DNA of 64,000 nt from Octopus vulgaris (GCA_951406725.2 OX597828.1:38998001-39062000); one strand, 5' to 3'. Numbered from the stretch's first letter, positions 47,449 to 62,400 are shown. Translations and numbers: made by a program. Notes: generated from the sequence alone by a model not told the origin.

Positions 47449-49940
47449 ATCACAGTAACTTAAATTCAGCAGAAAAGATGAGAAAATAACACTCAGAAAT
47501 TTCTTGATATTTTACCTTTCTAAATAAATTGAGCTTATTGAGGTTAGGCAGAAGTGAGTGGGGGAAAGATATGTGCCAGCTTCTAAATAGTACCTAGTTG
47601 TGTGTTTGTGTGTTAATATTTGGTTGGTTTCTTTTTGAGTGGGAGAAGTTGCAACTGATGATTGTTGTTGTTGTTGTTGTTGTTATATGGCTCCAAGTCA
47701 AAGTTCTTCAGAGCCACAACTATGCCCCTCTTTTCAGAAATATGTAATATGTTGAAAACTTCATTATCCAATGTGTCCTTCCCTCCTTCAAGACAACAAG
47801 GTGTAATTTGATGGAAATTTGGCAGCTATTTTGAGCAGATTGCAGGACTACATAGAGACCTCAATCATTGGCTCCAGCCAACAAGGGTGCCTGACTGACA
47901 GTTGTTGACTAAGCAATTGTGATACATTGTCAGATGAAGTTCTATGCAAGTTGAAACAATGTACAAACTACCAAGAACTATACCAAGTCCTGTCACACAT
48001 TGATCCATTTAACATCATTTTTCTTTCGTTTTAACACTAATGGACATATGGCTTTTTGGTTAAGAAGGCCCACTTAGCAAACACCTGGTTTTGGATTTGA
48101 TCTCACTGCATAGCACCTTGGGCAAGTATCTTCTACCATAGCCTCAGGTTCATCAATGCATTGGGACTGAAATTTGGTAAACAGAGACTGTATGGAAATG
48201 TATTATGTGTGTGTGTGTGTATGTATGTGTTTTCGCGGTCTTCACACTGATAGAATTTGAGTAGCAGTGATGTTTATATCCTCCATAAGCAAAATGTCCT
48301 GCTCAGTATTTTCGCATGTGAAGACCACTGGAATAAATTATCTTACTTGAAAAACAAGTATTAGTGATAGGAATGACATTGAGCAATAGAATACTGTCTC
48401 AATAAGTTTTGTCTAAACCATGCTGGCCTGGAAAAAGCAGATATAAAAATTGTGATGATCATGATGATGAGTGTGTGTGTGTGTGTGTGTTTTAAGATTT
48501 GGAGATTTTGTTTAATTTTTATTTAAAAACTAATCATCTAAGACTAAACGAAGAACAAATATTTAAACAAAATATGAATGATAGATATAATAGTTACATG
48601 AGAAGAAAACTCCGATGTGAGGTATTTTAAATCTTGTTAAAATAGACTTTAAAATTTCCATTAATAAATTATTGAACTGTTTAAAATATATATATATTGT
48701 ATGATAATTATGTATTGATGTTATACATGTGATCAAAAGAAAAATACCCTCTCCTTCTGTTATCCTTTCTAGGCCATTTAATACTCACACCATCTCTAAA
48801 GGCAACCACTTTGTTGAAGTGGATTAACTTGTAACTTGCATGTTAGTCCAGTCACCTACTCTGAAGATATGAAACAAATTGAAAAAAACAAAGGGGAGAG
48901 AAGATGAGATAAATATTGTTCATTGGCAACTTTATTCAAGAGGCAGCTGATACATGAATACTCAACCTGCTAAAATTCACAAATCACATCCTATTGTCTT
49001 AAATTAAGGTTATATTGAACAATGTAATTCCTGATATAGTAACAAAGCATTTATCATAAATAGAATACTTTTTACCATAGTTTTGTTCAACTATGACTGA
49101 TATGGGAATGCACAAGAACAACAAAGTTTATTTTGAGCCAAAGTCATATGATCAGCTAGATATAGCTGCCAAATTTCACTCAGATTATAATCTACTATCT
49201 TTCATTTGGAAACAGTACACTGGAAAATGTAGTTCCAAATAGACAAACAGATACCTGCAGCCACACACGTGTGTGTGCGTGGAATACATATATCCATATT
49301 GTATTATTCCCAACTAAAGACCACTCAGAAGGCAGCAATTCTGATATGCCATATACTAGCAACTATTAATATACTATACATCTTGTAGTTACTAACCACT
49401 GGGCAGTTGCTGTTAAGTCTGGTTTGGTGTATCCCTGATTAAATAAATACTTTGATCAATGTCCAACCATAACCTGCCCACCAAACATATTGTCTCATAT
49501 CAGGGGCTTTATTGTACAGTGTGCCATTTTTTAAGACAGTAGAGTAAAATTTGTAGATGGTATGGCTGCTATTTCTAGCAGGTCAAACAACCATATATGG
49601 GCTCTTTGTAGCCTTGTCCATCTTGTTTTCATTGGGCATGTTGTCCTCTACAAAATAGTCATTAATGTACATGATGCCTATTCTTAAGTTGTTAAGGGGA
49701 TGGTTGGAAAGCTGTTGCTACATCTCTGATGGTTGTTGTCGCTATACTTGTTTAGCCCCAGGTGAGCTCTGAGGGTGCAGAGTTAATGATTAAAGGAGTA
49801 TCTGTCATGATCATCTAGTCTTTATTTCAAGGCAGAATGACATATATCTAGGGCCATGTTATTCAATGTGTCCTTCCATTTTTTAAGACAACAGAGTATG
49901 ATCTGAAGAAGATTTGACTGCTATTTGGAGCACATTAGTC

Positions 49941-49975
<35 letters not shown>

Positions 49976-50284
49976 CCCTTGTTGGCTCAACATCTGAGAT
50001 GGTTGAATAATTAACTCAGAAGATTATCCTGTTTCATTAGCTCTTGAGGTGTCAAGATAGAGAAGGCTGCTTGATGCTGGGTTATGTATTTAGTTTTGTA
50101 ATTCACAAATCTGATTTTTAAAGTCATTGTTGCCAACTTTGTCATTCCACTTAGTCAAATAATTACCTTTGATAAATTTCAAATAGATTCCTTTATTATG
50201 ATGCCTTCCACTGCAAAACTGGCTATGCACCTTGTCTAAAAAATATACTCTTATAAGGCAAACCAAGGAGGAAGTTCTCTAAAC

Positions 50285-51007
50285 CAGTGGGTGTCAAACG
50301 TATGGCTCACGGGCCAGATCTAGTTTGCAACTTAGTCTGTCTCTCAGCTCAATTTTACAAAAATGAAATTTTTTTTCTTCAAATATTCTGTAAAATATCA
50401 CTACTATGCATTTAGATTCAGAGCCTGACTAGAGTTTTGATTAACACTAATTCTAATTAGTCAAATGAGTGCATCTTAGGGAATCTTTTGTTATCTCAAC
50501 CAATAAAAAAGAAGCTTATGAATCATATAGTAAAAGATGTGACTTTCTTCATTAGTTTGACTATAAATACTGAGCCAAACGGAAGCATTTTCTTTTTCAA
50601 ATTTACGCACATTTGTCCAAATGGATTCTGGTCATATGAGTGACATTGAAATAGTACATGCTTTCTGTCCATCATTGGTCTTCTCAAGAACTGTATGCAT
50701 TCATTTGGAAAATTTCTATCTCATTCTCGCTACGAGGACTCTTAACAGAACTACACACACACACATATATATAAGTGGATGAGTTTTTCCCACACATCTC
50801 TGCACACAAACTTTACGCTAACATCTCATGTTCTTTCCTTTCTATGTTGTTAATAAAGTTGTTATAATATTTATTGACCCCTTTCTCCATTTACTTTGGC
50901 CTATATTATTGATAGGGATTAAAGGGATAACTGTCCAGACCTAGCTTTTGAGATTTTAATTTATGCTTCAATCTGGTTGACAAAGCCAAACAAGTTTGAC
51001 ACCCTTG
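50285..51007. mobile_element. hAT (Charlie-like) non-autonomous element
   Basis: Ends cagtgggtgtcaaac ... gtttgacacccttg, with a subterminal ggc.c.cgggcc motif. Confidence 0.65.
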
Positions 51008-52249
51008 TTCTACTTGATCGTTCGATCTACTAGAAATAATAGCCAAATCTTGCACAAATTCCACCTAACTGTCTTGAAATGAGAAAAGATAAAAAAAAAA
51101 GGCACACGGGATAACAAAGTTCCAGATATAGAATACCTGAGAAAGAAACAGAATGAACAGTCATGGTTAGAACACCTTTGATTATAGGTCTGTTCAGTCA
51201 GGAATAATGAATTAGCATTTTGCCGTTTTTAATTATGCTACACAAAACACATTTCTAATCATTTGGCTACATTTAACATGTCTTGGACGTTAAACGATGA
51301 TGATGATGTGGCATTTGAAGAAAGAACGTCACTCTCATCAACTTAACATTGACACTGATTTGAATTGGGGTTTGAATAAATTACTCAATACACATATCGC
51401 AGTGATAGTAGTCAATCCATTTCACTATAACCTCTGGTGTCAGTTTGTACCCATAGTCATCTCATACAGCCAATAATGCATGAAATCGATGGCTTGCACA
51501 ATAGATAGTTTACCTGGGGAAATTATGTCTGGTTATAAATGAAAATTTATTTCGGCAAGGTTGCTTTTATTTTTATTTTTTATACACATCCAAGGGTATC
51601 TGTTCCATAAGACACAGGTCTTCAGTATGTTTCATATCTTCATTATAATTAAGACAAAAATCGAACACGATGAAGATCACGAGTTTGAAGAGTAATAGTT
51701 TGTTGTTAATTGCTCTAACTCTCTTGTATTAACACCGGATACCGTTTATAAACGTTAATTATGAGTGCAATTGCAAAATATTTCGCATATTTGATAAGAG
51801 ATAATGAAAATACGAAAGAAATACAGAAATGACAAAGCATCGTTTTTTTTTTGCGTTTTCCTTTTTTTAACTGATAGAGTTCTCTCCCTTACACATATAA
51901 CATCGTAGTGGAAAAGTCGAAGTTAAAACCAGTCATGTGCATTGCTTTCAAGCAACCGAAACTCCAAAATGATTTCGAGGCATTCACCAGAAATCAATGA
52001 ATTATTGAATAATATCGTAGACAAAATTAGAAATTCTATTTTAAAAGAAAAGCTGCTTAAATAATGAGCATGACAAAAACACACTAAAGATAAATATCCC
52101 GTTACTGAGATCTACTTGATCTTTTGCTTTCTGTGGTCGATATAAATTTTATCCTTTGTGCCTATATTCTTTTAATAGTTCGAGTTGTTCAGATTCAAGT
52201 CAAGCAGAACTATAACTAAGCTGCGACAATCGACTTTTTTTTTCCTTTC

Positions 52250-52930
52250 GTTTTCTGGCATACCTTCACATATATACCCCAACTTTCTTTCATCGTAACT
52301 TTCAGAAATGTGGTAATTTTCTTTATAAAAATCTTCTGCAAATACGCTTCATCTAGTGTAGATTCCAATTACGTTAGAATTTGTTTCCAAAAAAGTTTTC
52401 TGAGGAGTGGAAAGGGAGTTTCGGAAAATTCACACGAGTCGACTTTGTTTCCTCATAACTTTCCTGAAAATGGATTTTTTTAATGAAAATTTCTACAAAT
52501 ACCTTTCAGATGGTGTAGATTACGATTATATCGGAATTTGATATAATAAAATGGTGGGGTACGCACACATACACACTAACATACCAATCTTTTTTCGTAA
52601 TTTCAAGTTTCATTTTGTAGATAGATGCGATGTGTGATAGCATGTATGTGTGCGTTGTGCGTGTCCCACCATTTCTTTTTCTATTAAATTTTGCTGTAAT
52701 CGGAATCTACACCATCTGGAATATCCCTTTTGTAAAAGTTATGAGGAAACAAAGCCGGTTCGTGTGGATTTTCCGAAGCTCTTCTCCTCACCCTCGGAAT
52801 AATTGTTTGCACAACAAATCCCGTTATAATCTGAATCTGCACCACCTGAAAGGTATTTGTAGAAGATCTCATCGAAAAATATCTATTTTTCCGAAAGTTT
52901 TGTGAAAACAAAGTTGTGGGAAGCACACTT
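52250..52930. repeat. Foldback-like structure: two direct ~170-bp units followed by two inverted units; related pieces at 57.7-58.7 kb
   Basis: aaatacctttcagatggtgtagattacgat (52498) versus atcggaatctacaccatctgga (52699) and atctgcaccacctgaaaggtatttgtagaa (52835). Confidence 0.75.
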
Positions 52931-53387
52931 GTGTAGGTGTGCCTTTCTAGAAAATGTCTTCCAGTTACAAAAGCTACCTGTTCGCGATTTGAGAGTGCTA
53001 TTACATCGTATGTATTTCATATATCGTTGAACCACTGGTAAAGACAAACTGCGCTAGGCTTATTGAGTTATGATCTGAATATAGTTATTAATTTGTACCT
53101 GAGTTATGTACATCAGTGTTGGCACTTTTTGTTTGTTTCCCATTTCTAGAATTTAAGTCTGAGCGATAAAAAATTTGTCGAATGGAAATCTACTAACCAG
53201 ACATATATAGGTGTGCGCCTGCACACATACCCACAGTACCAATGGTCAGTTGGCTTACGAATGCCCAACATGCTAGAAATAGCTGCAATAATTAGAACCA
53301 CAATACTATATTATATACATATGTTTGTAGTATATAATACAGTATTTCTCTCGCTCCCTCTGTGTCCTTTTTTTTTTTTCATATCTT

Positions 53388-53414
53388 GTGATGAAGAACT
53401 AAAGTCCGAAATGT
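53388..53414 (+). ncRNA. Degenerate minimal hammerhead motif
   Basis: gTGATGA-a-gaac-taaa-gtcc-GAAA-tgtt. C3 and one stem II pair are mutated. Confidence 0.45.
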
Positions 53415-54671
53415 TATGACTGGCTTTCTCCATCGAAGCGTTAAATACCATTTGTCAAACCTTGTTGTTCCTGTGTAGGTCATTTTAATGTTTCTTGTCT
53501 TTAAACTATGTTTGTAAATGTGTTGTAAATTTGATGATCTAGCACGCTAGAAATAGCATGTAAAACACCTACATACACAAATACAACATAATCTTACATA
53601 TATGCATGAGTTAGAGCCTGAAAAATTGTAAAAATAGAGTAATTTTCAATTTTCTGTTTATAGCTATCACACTCTAATCTGCAATCTTACAGAATGGGGA
53701 GAGGCGATAAAAATTATCAATAATTTATCTTCAAAGTGGAAATTTCTATGATTCGCAAAATTAAATTTGAGAATTTAGATTATAGCTAGCAGGGGAGATG
53801 ACTCTGGTAATACTTACACCCTGAATTTACCTCCCACTGAGGTTTTCAAAATAAATTAGGAGCAGTTTACATCTTCCGCATTGCGTCTATCAATATTTTA
53901 ATTATACAAGCAAGTACAAGAGAGAACTCCTGGTATATTCCGGCATTATTAGACCTCCACAAAGGTAAAGCAGGATATACGTTGATTGATTCCTTAACAC
54001 GTGCAAAATATGCATTATTTGTAAAAGTTACAAGGAAACAAAATCTTGGAGACGGGGAAGCACTAGACTATAATACTTTTTACTCTGGGCTCAAGACTCG
54101 AAATTTTGGTGGTAGTGAGGTAATTGATTACATCACCGTCGGTGCTCGAATGGCACTTATTTTATCGACCACGAAAGGATGGAAGACAAACTCGACATCA
54201 GCGAAATTGGAACGCAAAGACGGATGAAATGCCACTAAGCACTTTGCCCGTCGTACTAACAGTTCAGCCAACTAAGACGTTGGCCAAAGTCGGTACACTT
54301 TAAAAACAGTATATTGTCTGATGTTTTCAATAGTACAAAATAGCAACCAAACCTATACCTCACATAGAAAATTTTTAAATAATAAAATGAAATAAAAACA
54401 AATTTCATCATCATAATCCTTATCTGAACTCCATCCCCGGAGTTTGATTCCATGCAACTCTTTTAACATGCGTATTTTTTGCATACACAAAGAAATCAAC
54501 CATTTTATATTCCAACTTAAAGAATTTCTATTTTCGAGATATCCCAACCATGACATCCAATCTGTTTCTTTTATTATTTTTCTAAAGCATTGTGACTACT
54601 CTGCGTTCCAGATATATCCACCTGTTTTTTTTTAAAGCCAAATACCTTGTTTTAACCTGTCGTTTTCTTCG

Positions 54672-54717
<46 letters not shown>

Positions 54718-56092
54718 GGGGATGTAATCCGGAGTATAATGCCTGAGAAATGAAAGGCAAGATAGTAGACTGTAGAATGCTTTTGATAATAGGTCTGTTG
54801 GATGAATGTTGACGTGGAGCTAAAGAAACAACCAGGGATATATTCTGCTCTGTAGTGGTCCAACTATGCTGGAAAAGACACCTTGTCACATAAATCCATA
54901 GAAATATTGAAAAACATTATTTGACGGAATTTCGGAATAGCAAGTAATAGCTCATGGAGATATTACATGTTTTTAATTAGTATTCCTGCGTTTTATACAA
55001 AAGAGATTTCGATTGTGGAAAGAGTTTTTGTTTTTTTCTCTCCTAAAATTCAATTTTTGAAAAATACTCTTGCTCTCCAATTCCATACGTTTTCCCTTCC
55101 TCATGACATAGTGACAACTATTCCGAAACTCCGCTCATTATCTTAAATAAATCCTGAAATAAAATAAAACGGTGTGCTCATAGGTGGAATGGCTTTGATC
55201 ATAGATCTACTGGTGCAGGACTCGACAAGAAATAACAATCAGCCAAGTCCCATTGAGCGAACGAGAAATTCTCTATGCAATCAATCGAGCTGCTAGAAAC
55301 AGTAGCCAAATCACAACTAAAACACGGTTGATCACAGCGGTCCGTTGAAACAAGGCATACAAGGGGCTAATCAGGGACAACGAAAGGGTCTACACATTAC
55401 CTTTTATCTCGCAATTATTCCAATCACTGAACTGCGGCTATGCTAGGGTACAACCATGAAGGGTTTTAATCGAATGAATTGACCTCAGTACTTTTTCTAT
55501 CAGTCTCTTTTGCCAAACCGCCGAGTTTATAAGGGCGTAAACAAACCAACACCGGTTGTCAAGCTGTGGTGGTGGTGGGCAAACACAGACGCACTCCCCC
55601 GCTCTCAAACATAGACATATACAACAGGCTTCTTTCAGTTTCCGTCTATTAAATTCACACACAAGGATTTTAGTCGGTCAATAGCTGTAGAAGACACTCA
55701 AATTTTATACAGGACTGAACCTGGAGTTGTGTGGTTGAGAAGCAAACTTCATACTACAGAGATACGCGTGAAAAAGTGTTATTTTAAATAACACCTAAAA
55801 AAAAAGTATTTTTTTCAACAATGTTAGCAAAGAAGTTAACTAATTAGTGTTGAAAAATATGCTGATGAAAAAAATTAGCGTTGAAAAATGTAAAAATTTT
55901 AAAAAGTTCGATTTTTTTTTTGTTAAACAAATATCGTCTGCTCTTTGCCATTTAACTTGCATTTGCGCACGCGCAAATGAAACGGACGAGTTCGGAAATG
56001 TACAAAATATAACTTGGTTAACCTGAATGGTCGAAACGAATTGTTAAAAAGCATAGGGTATTATAAATTTTTGTTCTCATTCTTCAACACCA

Positions 56093-56471
56093 TTACTCTT
56101 TTACTTGTTTCAGTCATTTGACTGCAGCCATGCTGGAGCACCGCCTTAAGTCGAGCAAATCGACCCCGGGACTTATTCTTTGTAAGCCCAGTACTTATTC
56201 TATCGGTCTCTTTTTGCCGAACCGCTATGTGACGGGGACGTAAACACACCAGCATCGGTTGTCAAGCAATGCTAGGGGGACAAACACAGACACAAATATA
56301 TATATACATATATACGACAGGCTTCTTTCAGTTTCCGTCTACTAAATCCACTCACAAGGCATTGGTCGGCCCGGGGCTATAGTAGAAGACACTTGCCCAA
56401 GGTGCCACGCAGTGGGACTGAACCCGGAACTATGTGGTTGGTTAGCAAGCTACTTACCACAGAGCCACTCC
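56093..56471 (-). mobile_element. Young full-length tRNA/CORE-type SINE; older copies near 16.7, 21.7, 35.8, 48.05 and 55.4 kb
   Basis: Minus head ggagtggctctgtggtaag..ggttcagtccc, CORE-like 'ccttgggcaagt', internal (TA)n, CpGs intact. Confidence 0.9.
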
Positions 56472-57953
56472 TATATAAGTTATTAAGAAAACATCTCCGA
56501 AAATAATATATTTATTTTAAATTGCCACACTTCGGCATTAGTCAACAAATACTTTCGACTTTTATATAATTGTCTAGGAAGACAAACTTCTGCCTTCATT
56601 AATTTCTCTTCCGAAAAGTTTCTAACACTTTCGCTTCCTTTTCGAAATGAGATGACATGTAATTTTTTTAAAGATATGTCTTATTTCCTACGATTCTACC
56701 TTAATAAATCAACTACACAATACTGTTTAGAAATGAAATCAAATCTATTTAATAACAACATACTTTAAAGCATTTGCTTATTCGTTTCGGTCATTCATCA
56801 TAAACTATTTTTGTACGTTACCCATTATTGTCGGTGATCATTTTTAATTATGCACTTGTATATCCCTAAAAAGAAAAATTGTGGAGGGATGTATAAAAAC
56901 ATCTTGGTACATTCAAAATACTGAAACGAAAAGGAAATATTAACTTTTTGTTTTCTTTGCTCTTTTAGAAAACTGCAGCTTTTCGAAATTTATACATTAT
57001 TACACCTTTTATATTTTTTCATTTTAAAATTTCGTTTGCAATTACATACGAGTTACCTTGTTGATACACGTGCTTTTAAAATGGAAGGACTTATTTTCTC
57101 TCCCGGAAACTAAAAAAAAAGCACTAGTAAAGACCACATACATGTGTGTGTGTATATACATACACACACACACATGTACATCTATTAATTATTGCAAGTT
57201 AACTTGGGAGCAACTCCGGATTAAGTATCTAATGCATGCTGGGTGAGAGAAGTGATAGCTATTGCCTTGATTTATCTATTTTTGTAATTTTAAATCACCC
57301 CACCCCCAACACACCAAATTTCAAACTTTTTTGAGTTTGCACCTTACTCTAACAGAACTAGGGATCTTTTCGGTTTGAACGGCAGTCTGTAACATAATTT
57401 CTAGTTCATTTCTTATGTAAAACTTATCAAAATTTAATATTAATCTATCCTTCTAAACTGTAAAACAGGGAAGCCTCTCAGTGACCGCTTAGCTTACTAG
57501 ATATAGCAGCCAAATTTTCCTCAGACAATGCTGTACTGTGTTTTAAAACAAGGACAAACAGGATATTGTAGCCCTAAGTATATTACGCCAGGTGGTCGTT
57601 TTCAGTCAGAGCTGATCTGGAGCTAAACAAAAATGTGCCGACTTAATCCTTAACGTCTATCTATTATATATATATCTAACTTTAAAGGCATTATTATCGT
57701 AATTCTTCGGATCATTAACCTCATCTTTAGGGGTGAAATTTTGAGTAAATCTATTTTAAAGATGTAAAAAATGTCAAAGTAAAATGATAAAAAAAACAAA
57801 AAACAAACCAACCAGCCCCCACGAAAATGACTAAATAAGCAGAGGGAAGAAAAGAAAGGATCCAAGAAGCAGAGCACTAAACCTGGCGCATTGGCTGTCC
57901 TATAACCGTGACGATATAAGTATCGGAAGTATCACAGAAGAGAGCGGTATGAG

Positions 57954-58172
57954 CGGCGAGCTGGCAGAAACGTTAGCACGCCGGACGAAATGCGTAGCCG
58001 TATTTCGTCTGCCGTTACGTTCTGAGTTCAAATTCCGCCGAGGTCGACTTTGCCTTTCATCCTTTCGGGGTCGATAAATTAAGTACCATTTACGCACTGG
58101 GGTCGATGTAATCGACTTAATCCGTTTGTCTGTCCTCTCTGTGTTTAGCCCCTTGTGGGTAATAAAGAAATA
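57954..58172 (+). mobile_element. Young SINE of a third family; decayed copies near 26.8, 27.6, 30.05 and 54.1 kb
   Basis: B-box-like gagttcaaattcc; core gtcgactttgcctttcatcctttcggggtcgataaa; 8-bp TSD ggtatgag at 57946-53 and 58173-80. Confidence 0.88.
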
Positions 58173-59064
58173 GGTATGAGGGTCATTGGATTTTCGGTGA
58201 TTCTGAAATCGTTAATCGACGGTGCGAGATACATTAAGAACAGTTTGGTGTCTCACTCAAATAACTCCGCATATTTTAAAATGAAATTTTGCCGATACGT
58301 TTTCGAGGGTGTAGATTGCGATTATGTTGATAAAATTTAGCTTTCAAAAAAACAAAAAAAAAAGGGGGGGGCTTCTGATTATTTTTTCCCCCATCCCCAA
58401 ACTTTGCCACCACCAATTCCCGTAATTTTAGCGTTTTCCAGAATTTTATATGCTTGAGATAACAACCTTACGTAATGTACCCTCTTGGAAATGTATTTCT
58501 GCAAAATATCTATTTTAAAGAAGAAGTAAAATCGCAGGTGGGTAGAAAATGATCCGAAACTGACTCCATCCCACCCCAAAGAAAAACATTTTTTTCAAAT
58601 GTCAGCATAATCGTTCTTCACACACAGGAAAACCTATCTTGACAAAATTTCATTGTAAGATATGTATCTTACAGAAAGTTACCAGAAAACAAATCCGAGT
58701 GGCATCATACTGTAGTTGTGCGTATATAAATATATATATCTATATCGAAGGATTTTTAAAAGACGTAAACGTCACATAAAGGTGCTAGACAATAGTTGAA
58801 AGACTGATTTATCCTTCACAGAATTTCTGTGATTCTGTGATTATCCTTCACAGAAAGCTGTTCGGATGTTCCAAATTGTCGTCGTATCTTTCTCTTGACT
58901 CGCACCCACATTTCTTCCACGGTCTGTGTATGTGCAGGTACTCTCTAGAGACTACAGATTTGTGATCGTGATGTAAGACCGAATGAGTGTAAACATCGTT
59001 GTGGTGCACCTGAGCACTGTATACAATAATTTAATTTATCGTTGGGGCATTCATTCTTCTTTGT

Positions 59065-59470
59065 TAGTGGTTCTCAAGCGGGGTCCATATCACTAGCTAC
59101 GCTAGGCGGAAGGGGGGGGGGGGGCGCACTACTTTTGAGTTTGCTATAGGCAATGTGGTTTCCGTGGGGTCCAGGAGCGGAAAACGGAAGGGCCACCTCT
59201 GGCGGCACACACTCTAGTTACACTAGTGGTCCATATGACCCTTGATGGGGGAGGGATGTCCAAATAAGATTTTCTTAAAAATAGTGCCATAAATTGATTA
59301 TACATTTACAATACACAAAATATTATTTTGACAATTATTTTACACAATTCCTAACGATATTTAATTATAAAAATATAAGCTATTTTAAACACCGAATGGT
59401 TATGAGGGTTCAACCGAGTAAAACAGGAATCAAAGTGGTCTATAGGGGGAAAAATGGTTGAGCACCACTG
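59065..59470. mobile_element. hAT MITE containing a nested second hAT-type element (59091-59228)
   Basis: Outer TIRs tagtggttctcaa / ttgagcaccactg. Inner element cactag...ctagtg with perfect 8-bp TSD gtccatat at 59083-90 and 59229-36. Confidence 0.8.
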
Positions 59471-62400
59471 TTATCTAGGTTCTCCAGCCAACGCTCACAA
59501 TGTTGGCACCAGGTAGGATCCACTGCGCCGTTAAATGACGCAAAATATCTTACTATCTGTTACTTTCGCCACAAAATATTTCCCGGACCTATGCCTAATT
59601 GCACTGAACAGCCCAATGGCCCCTCAAGTAATTTCGATGGAAATATTTCCCTTGTTTACATCCACAAGCTACTATTCAAATCAAACCTCTGTTGAGGATT
59701 ACGGATAATTCCTTCTTGGCAAATATCTCTGCAAGAATTGCACCAACCGACGCACCTCGTTTGTATATCCGATTCCCTGGCAATGTCTTTCTATGGGAAG
59801 TCGTAGGACCAACAGCAAATTAACAGATTTTTACCGTTGCCAAATCAGCTTCCATGACGAATCGACTTTTTATTCTTGCAAATGTGATAGTACCACACGT
59901 TGCCATCCATGTCGGCATGGTTAATTAAACTACAGTCCACATTGTATTGATTGTATGTATAGGAATTTCGAATTAATCGACGGCATACACACCGCTGAAT
60001 ACATGCCCACGAATCAGGCATGGTACGAGCAGGGTGAATTAGCTTACAATTCTAAGCAATAACCTGTATGGCTTCAAGGATTTTAATCGCATACACAGTC
60101 GTACGAGTAGCAAGTCCAAGACGCATGATGGTTGTTTGTGTTGTAGGACCTCCGTAATTTTGTATCCGTAAGAATGTGCTTGAAAAATAATAGTTTATCG
60201 TCTTTCACTTCATATAATGAAAAGTATGTGAGTAGTTTTGTCCCAGAAAGTATATTCTAATTCGTTTAACTATAAAATAAAGATTAACAAAAAATATTAA
60301 ATCTTGGTTAAACATAGAAACGACTACTTTTTCAGAAAAGTCAATATTCGTCATCTTTTTTTTTTAATATTTGATCCCAAGACATGCCTTGTCGATAAAA
60401 CTGATGATGAATAAAGAGTAAAATCCAGTGAAGAGTGAAAGAAATAAGAGGAAAGTAGCAGGATCGAGAGAGTAAGATGAAATCACAAACAAACGTAAAG
60501 ACAGTAAGACGGAAGAAGACTGAGTGTTTTAACATCAATGTAGCAGATAAATCACATGACCCGCTAAGACGGCGGCGAACGTACCGCGCAAACAAGTTTA
60601 TCCGCACAATAGTCTAGATCGGTGTCGACACTAAAATCCTGAAAAGTAAAACCGACGAAAAAACTATCTGATAGTTACAATGGAACTGCTTAATAATAAT
60701 AAGAATATTTAAACATTCGTTCTGAACAGAAATTCAAGCTGTTAATAATTTTCTTTTTAAAGAAATACTTTAGTGTTAGTCATATGCGCATTATTCTCAC
60801 TCCCGTTGACCCGAGTGAAGAGGTGGAGGCTGTACGTACATGACCGGGAGGTAGTTGATTCAAGAAGGTTTACGTTATATTTACACACGCATACACATAT
60901 ATGTATATATGTATGTTTATACATATAAATATGTACATATAGACTGTGAAAGAGGATTGCGATTCTCTTTAAGATTTTTGAAAGTTAAAAAAAAAAAAGC
61001 GTCCCCCCCTCCCGCAAAACAACACAAACTGGATACTTGATCGTGAAATCTACGTATAAATGGAGTGTCCGCATCTTGAGGAAAGTGCAAAAATCACAGC
61101 GCCCTCTGTAAAGTCAGAAAACCTTCCCCAGCAGTTTACTTGTTCAGGTAAAGTGTCAATGTAAAAAAAAAAAAAACCGCAAGCCTTTGTTTTGTAGCAA
61201 GATCCCAAGCCTGACATTAAAATAATTCCCTAAATACTGAGCACTGCCACCACCATCACTATCATAGCCTTATTATTATTATTATGTGTGTGACTGGTGG
61301 AACAACCGGCTTAAACATTTCCTCTTGACATCTCTCATGTTATGCTTCATTAATTTCATTACTAGACATTCCAACCAACTTTAGACATGTGCTAACTGCA
61401 ACATTCATTTCACCGAATCTTTAAATTTACGAAATCTCCCTTATTTCATTGTTCTTCTTCGTCATCATCATCATCATCATCATCATCACCCTGATTATTA
61501 TTATTATTGTTGTTTCTTCTCTTTCGATCGCTTTCCCCCTTTTTTTAAAAAAATTATTTCAATTTATTTTTAAACTTATATAAAATACCCATTGTATGTT
61601 TGTAATAATCTTATTTTTTTTCTCTTAACAGTTTTTAATTTTTTTATTTAGTATGTTTGTTTGTTACACGTGAAAGATTTTTTTAAACAACCGCTATGGA
61701 TGATTTGAAACAAAATCTTTTGGAATGTTATTTCTTCATCATTACTGCTAACAATTAAGCCTTTGAATAACAGAAGAGATAATTTAATTCACTCATATAT
61801 ATATATATATATATATATATAGATAGATGGTTTTCTAATTATTAGTGGCTAATTCGATCATTTTCAATATAACGAATTTAGGCGATCTTTCGTCTTTATT
61901 ATGCTAGAAATAGAGAAAGTAATAAGTTTTGAGAAGTGTAAGAAGGATTCAGGAATAACAAAGAACGCTTCGCACTGTTTTGAAATATTGGGAAACGGTG
62001 TAATCGTTAAAATCCTCCCTTGTTTATTTATTCCATTTTTACAGTTCACCAATTAATAATACCTGTACAACAACACGAAATGTACCCACATGCCTCTTCG
62101 TTTATTTCGTTGTGTTTTTAATTTCATTTGATTAAATTTGGTTTTTATTTTTTAATGGAGATCAATTTTGTGTCGATTATTTTCACGATTCTTAGTAAGA
62201 TTAAAAAAAAAAGTTTTAAGCAGTAATTGGAATTAATTATATTTTTGAAATATCACGGGGTAAAAATTAAATTTTCGACTAATTTAATGCATGCGTATAG
62301 CTAATTAATTAATTAGGATTGTTTAATGTGTATATCTACTGTTGGCAAGTGGACAGTAATTTTGACATCAGGATGACAGTTAAAAAGGATAAAGCTAGCT

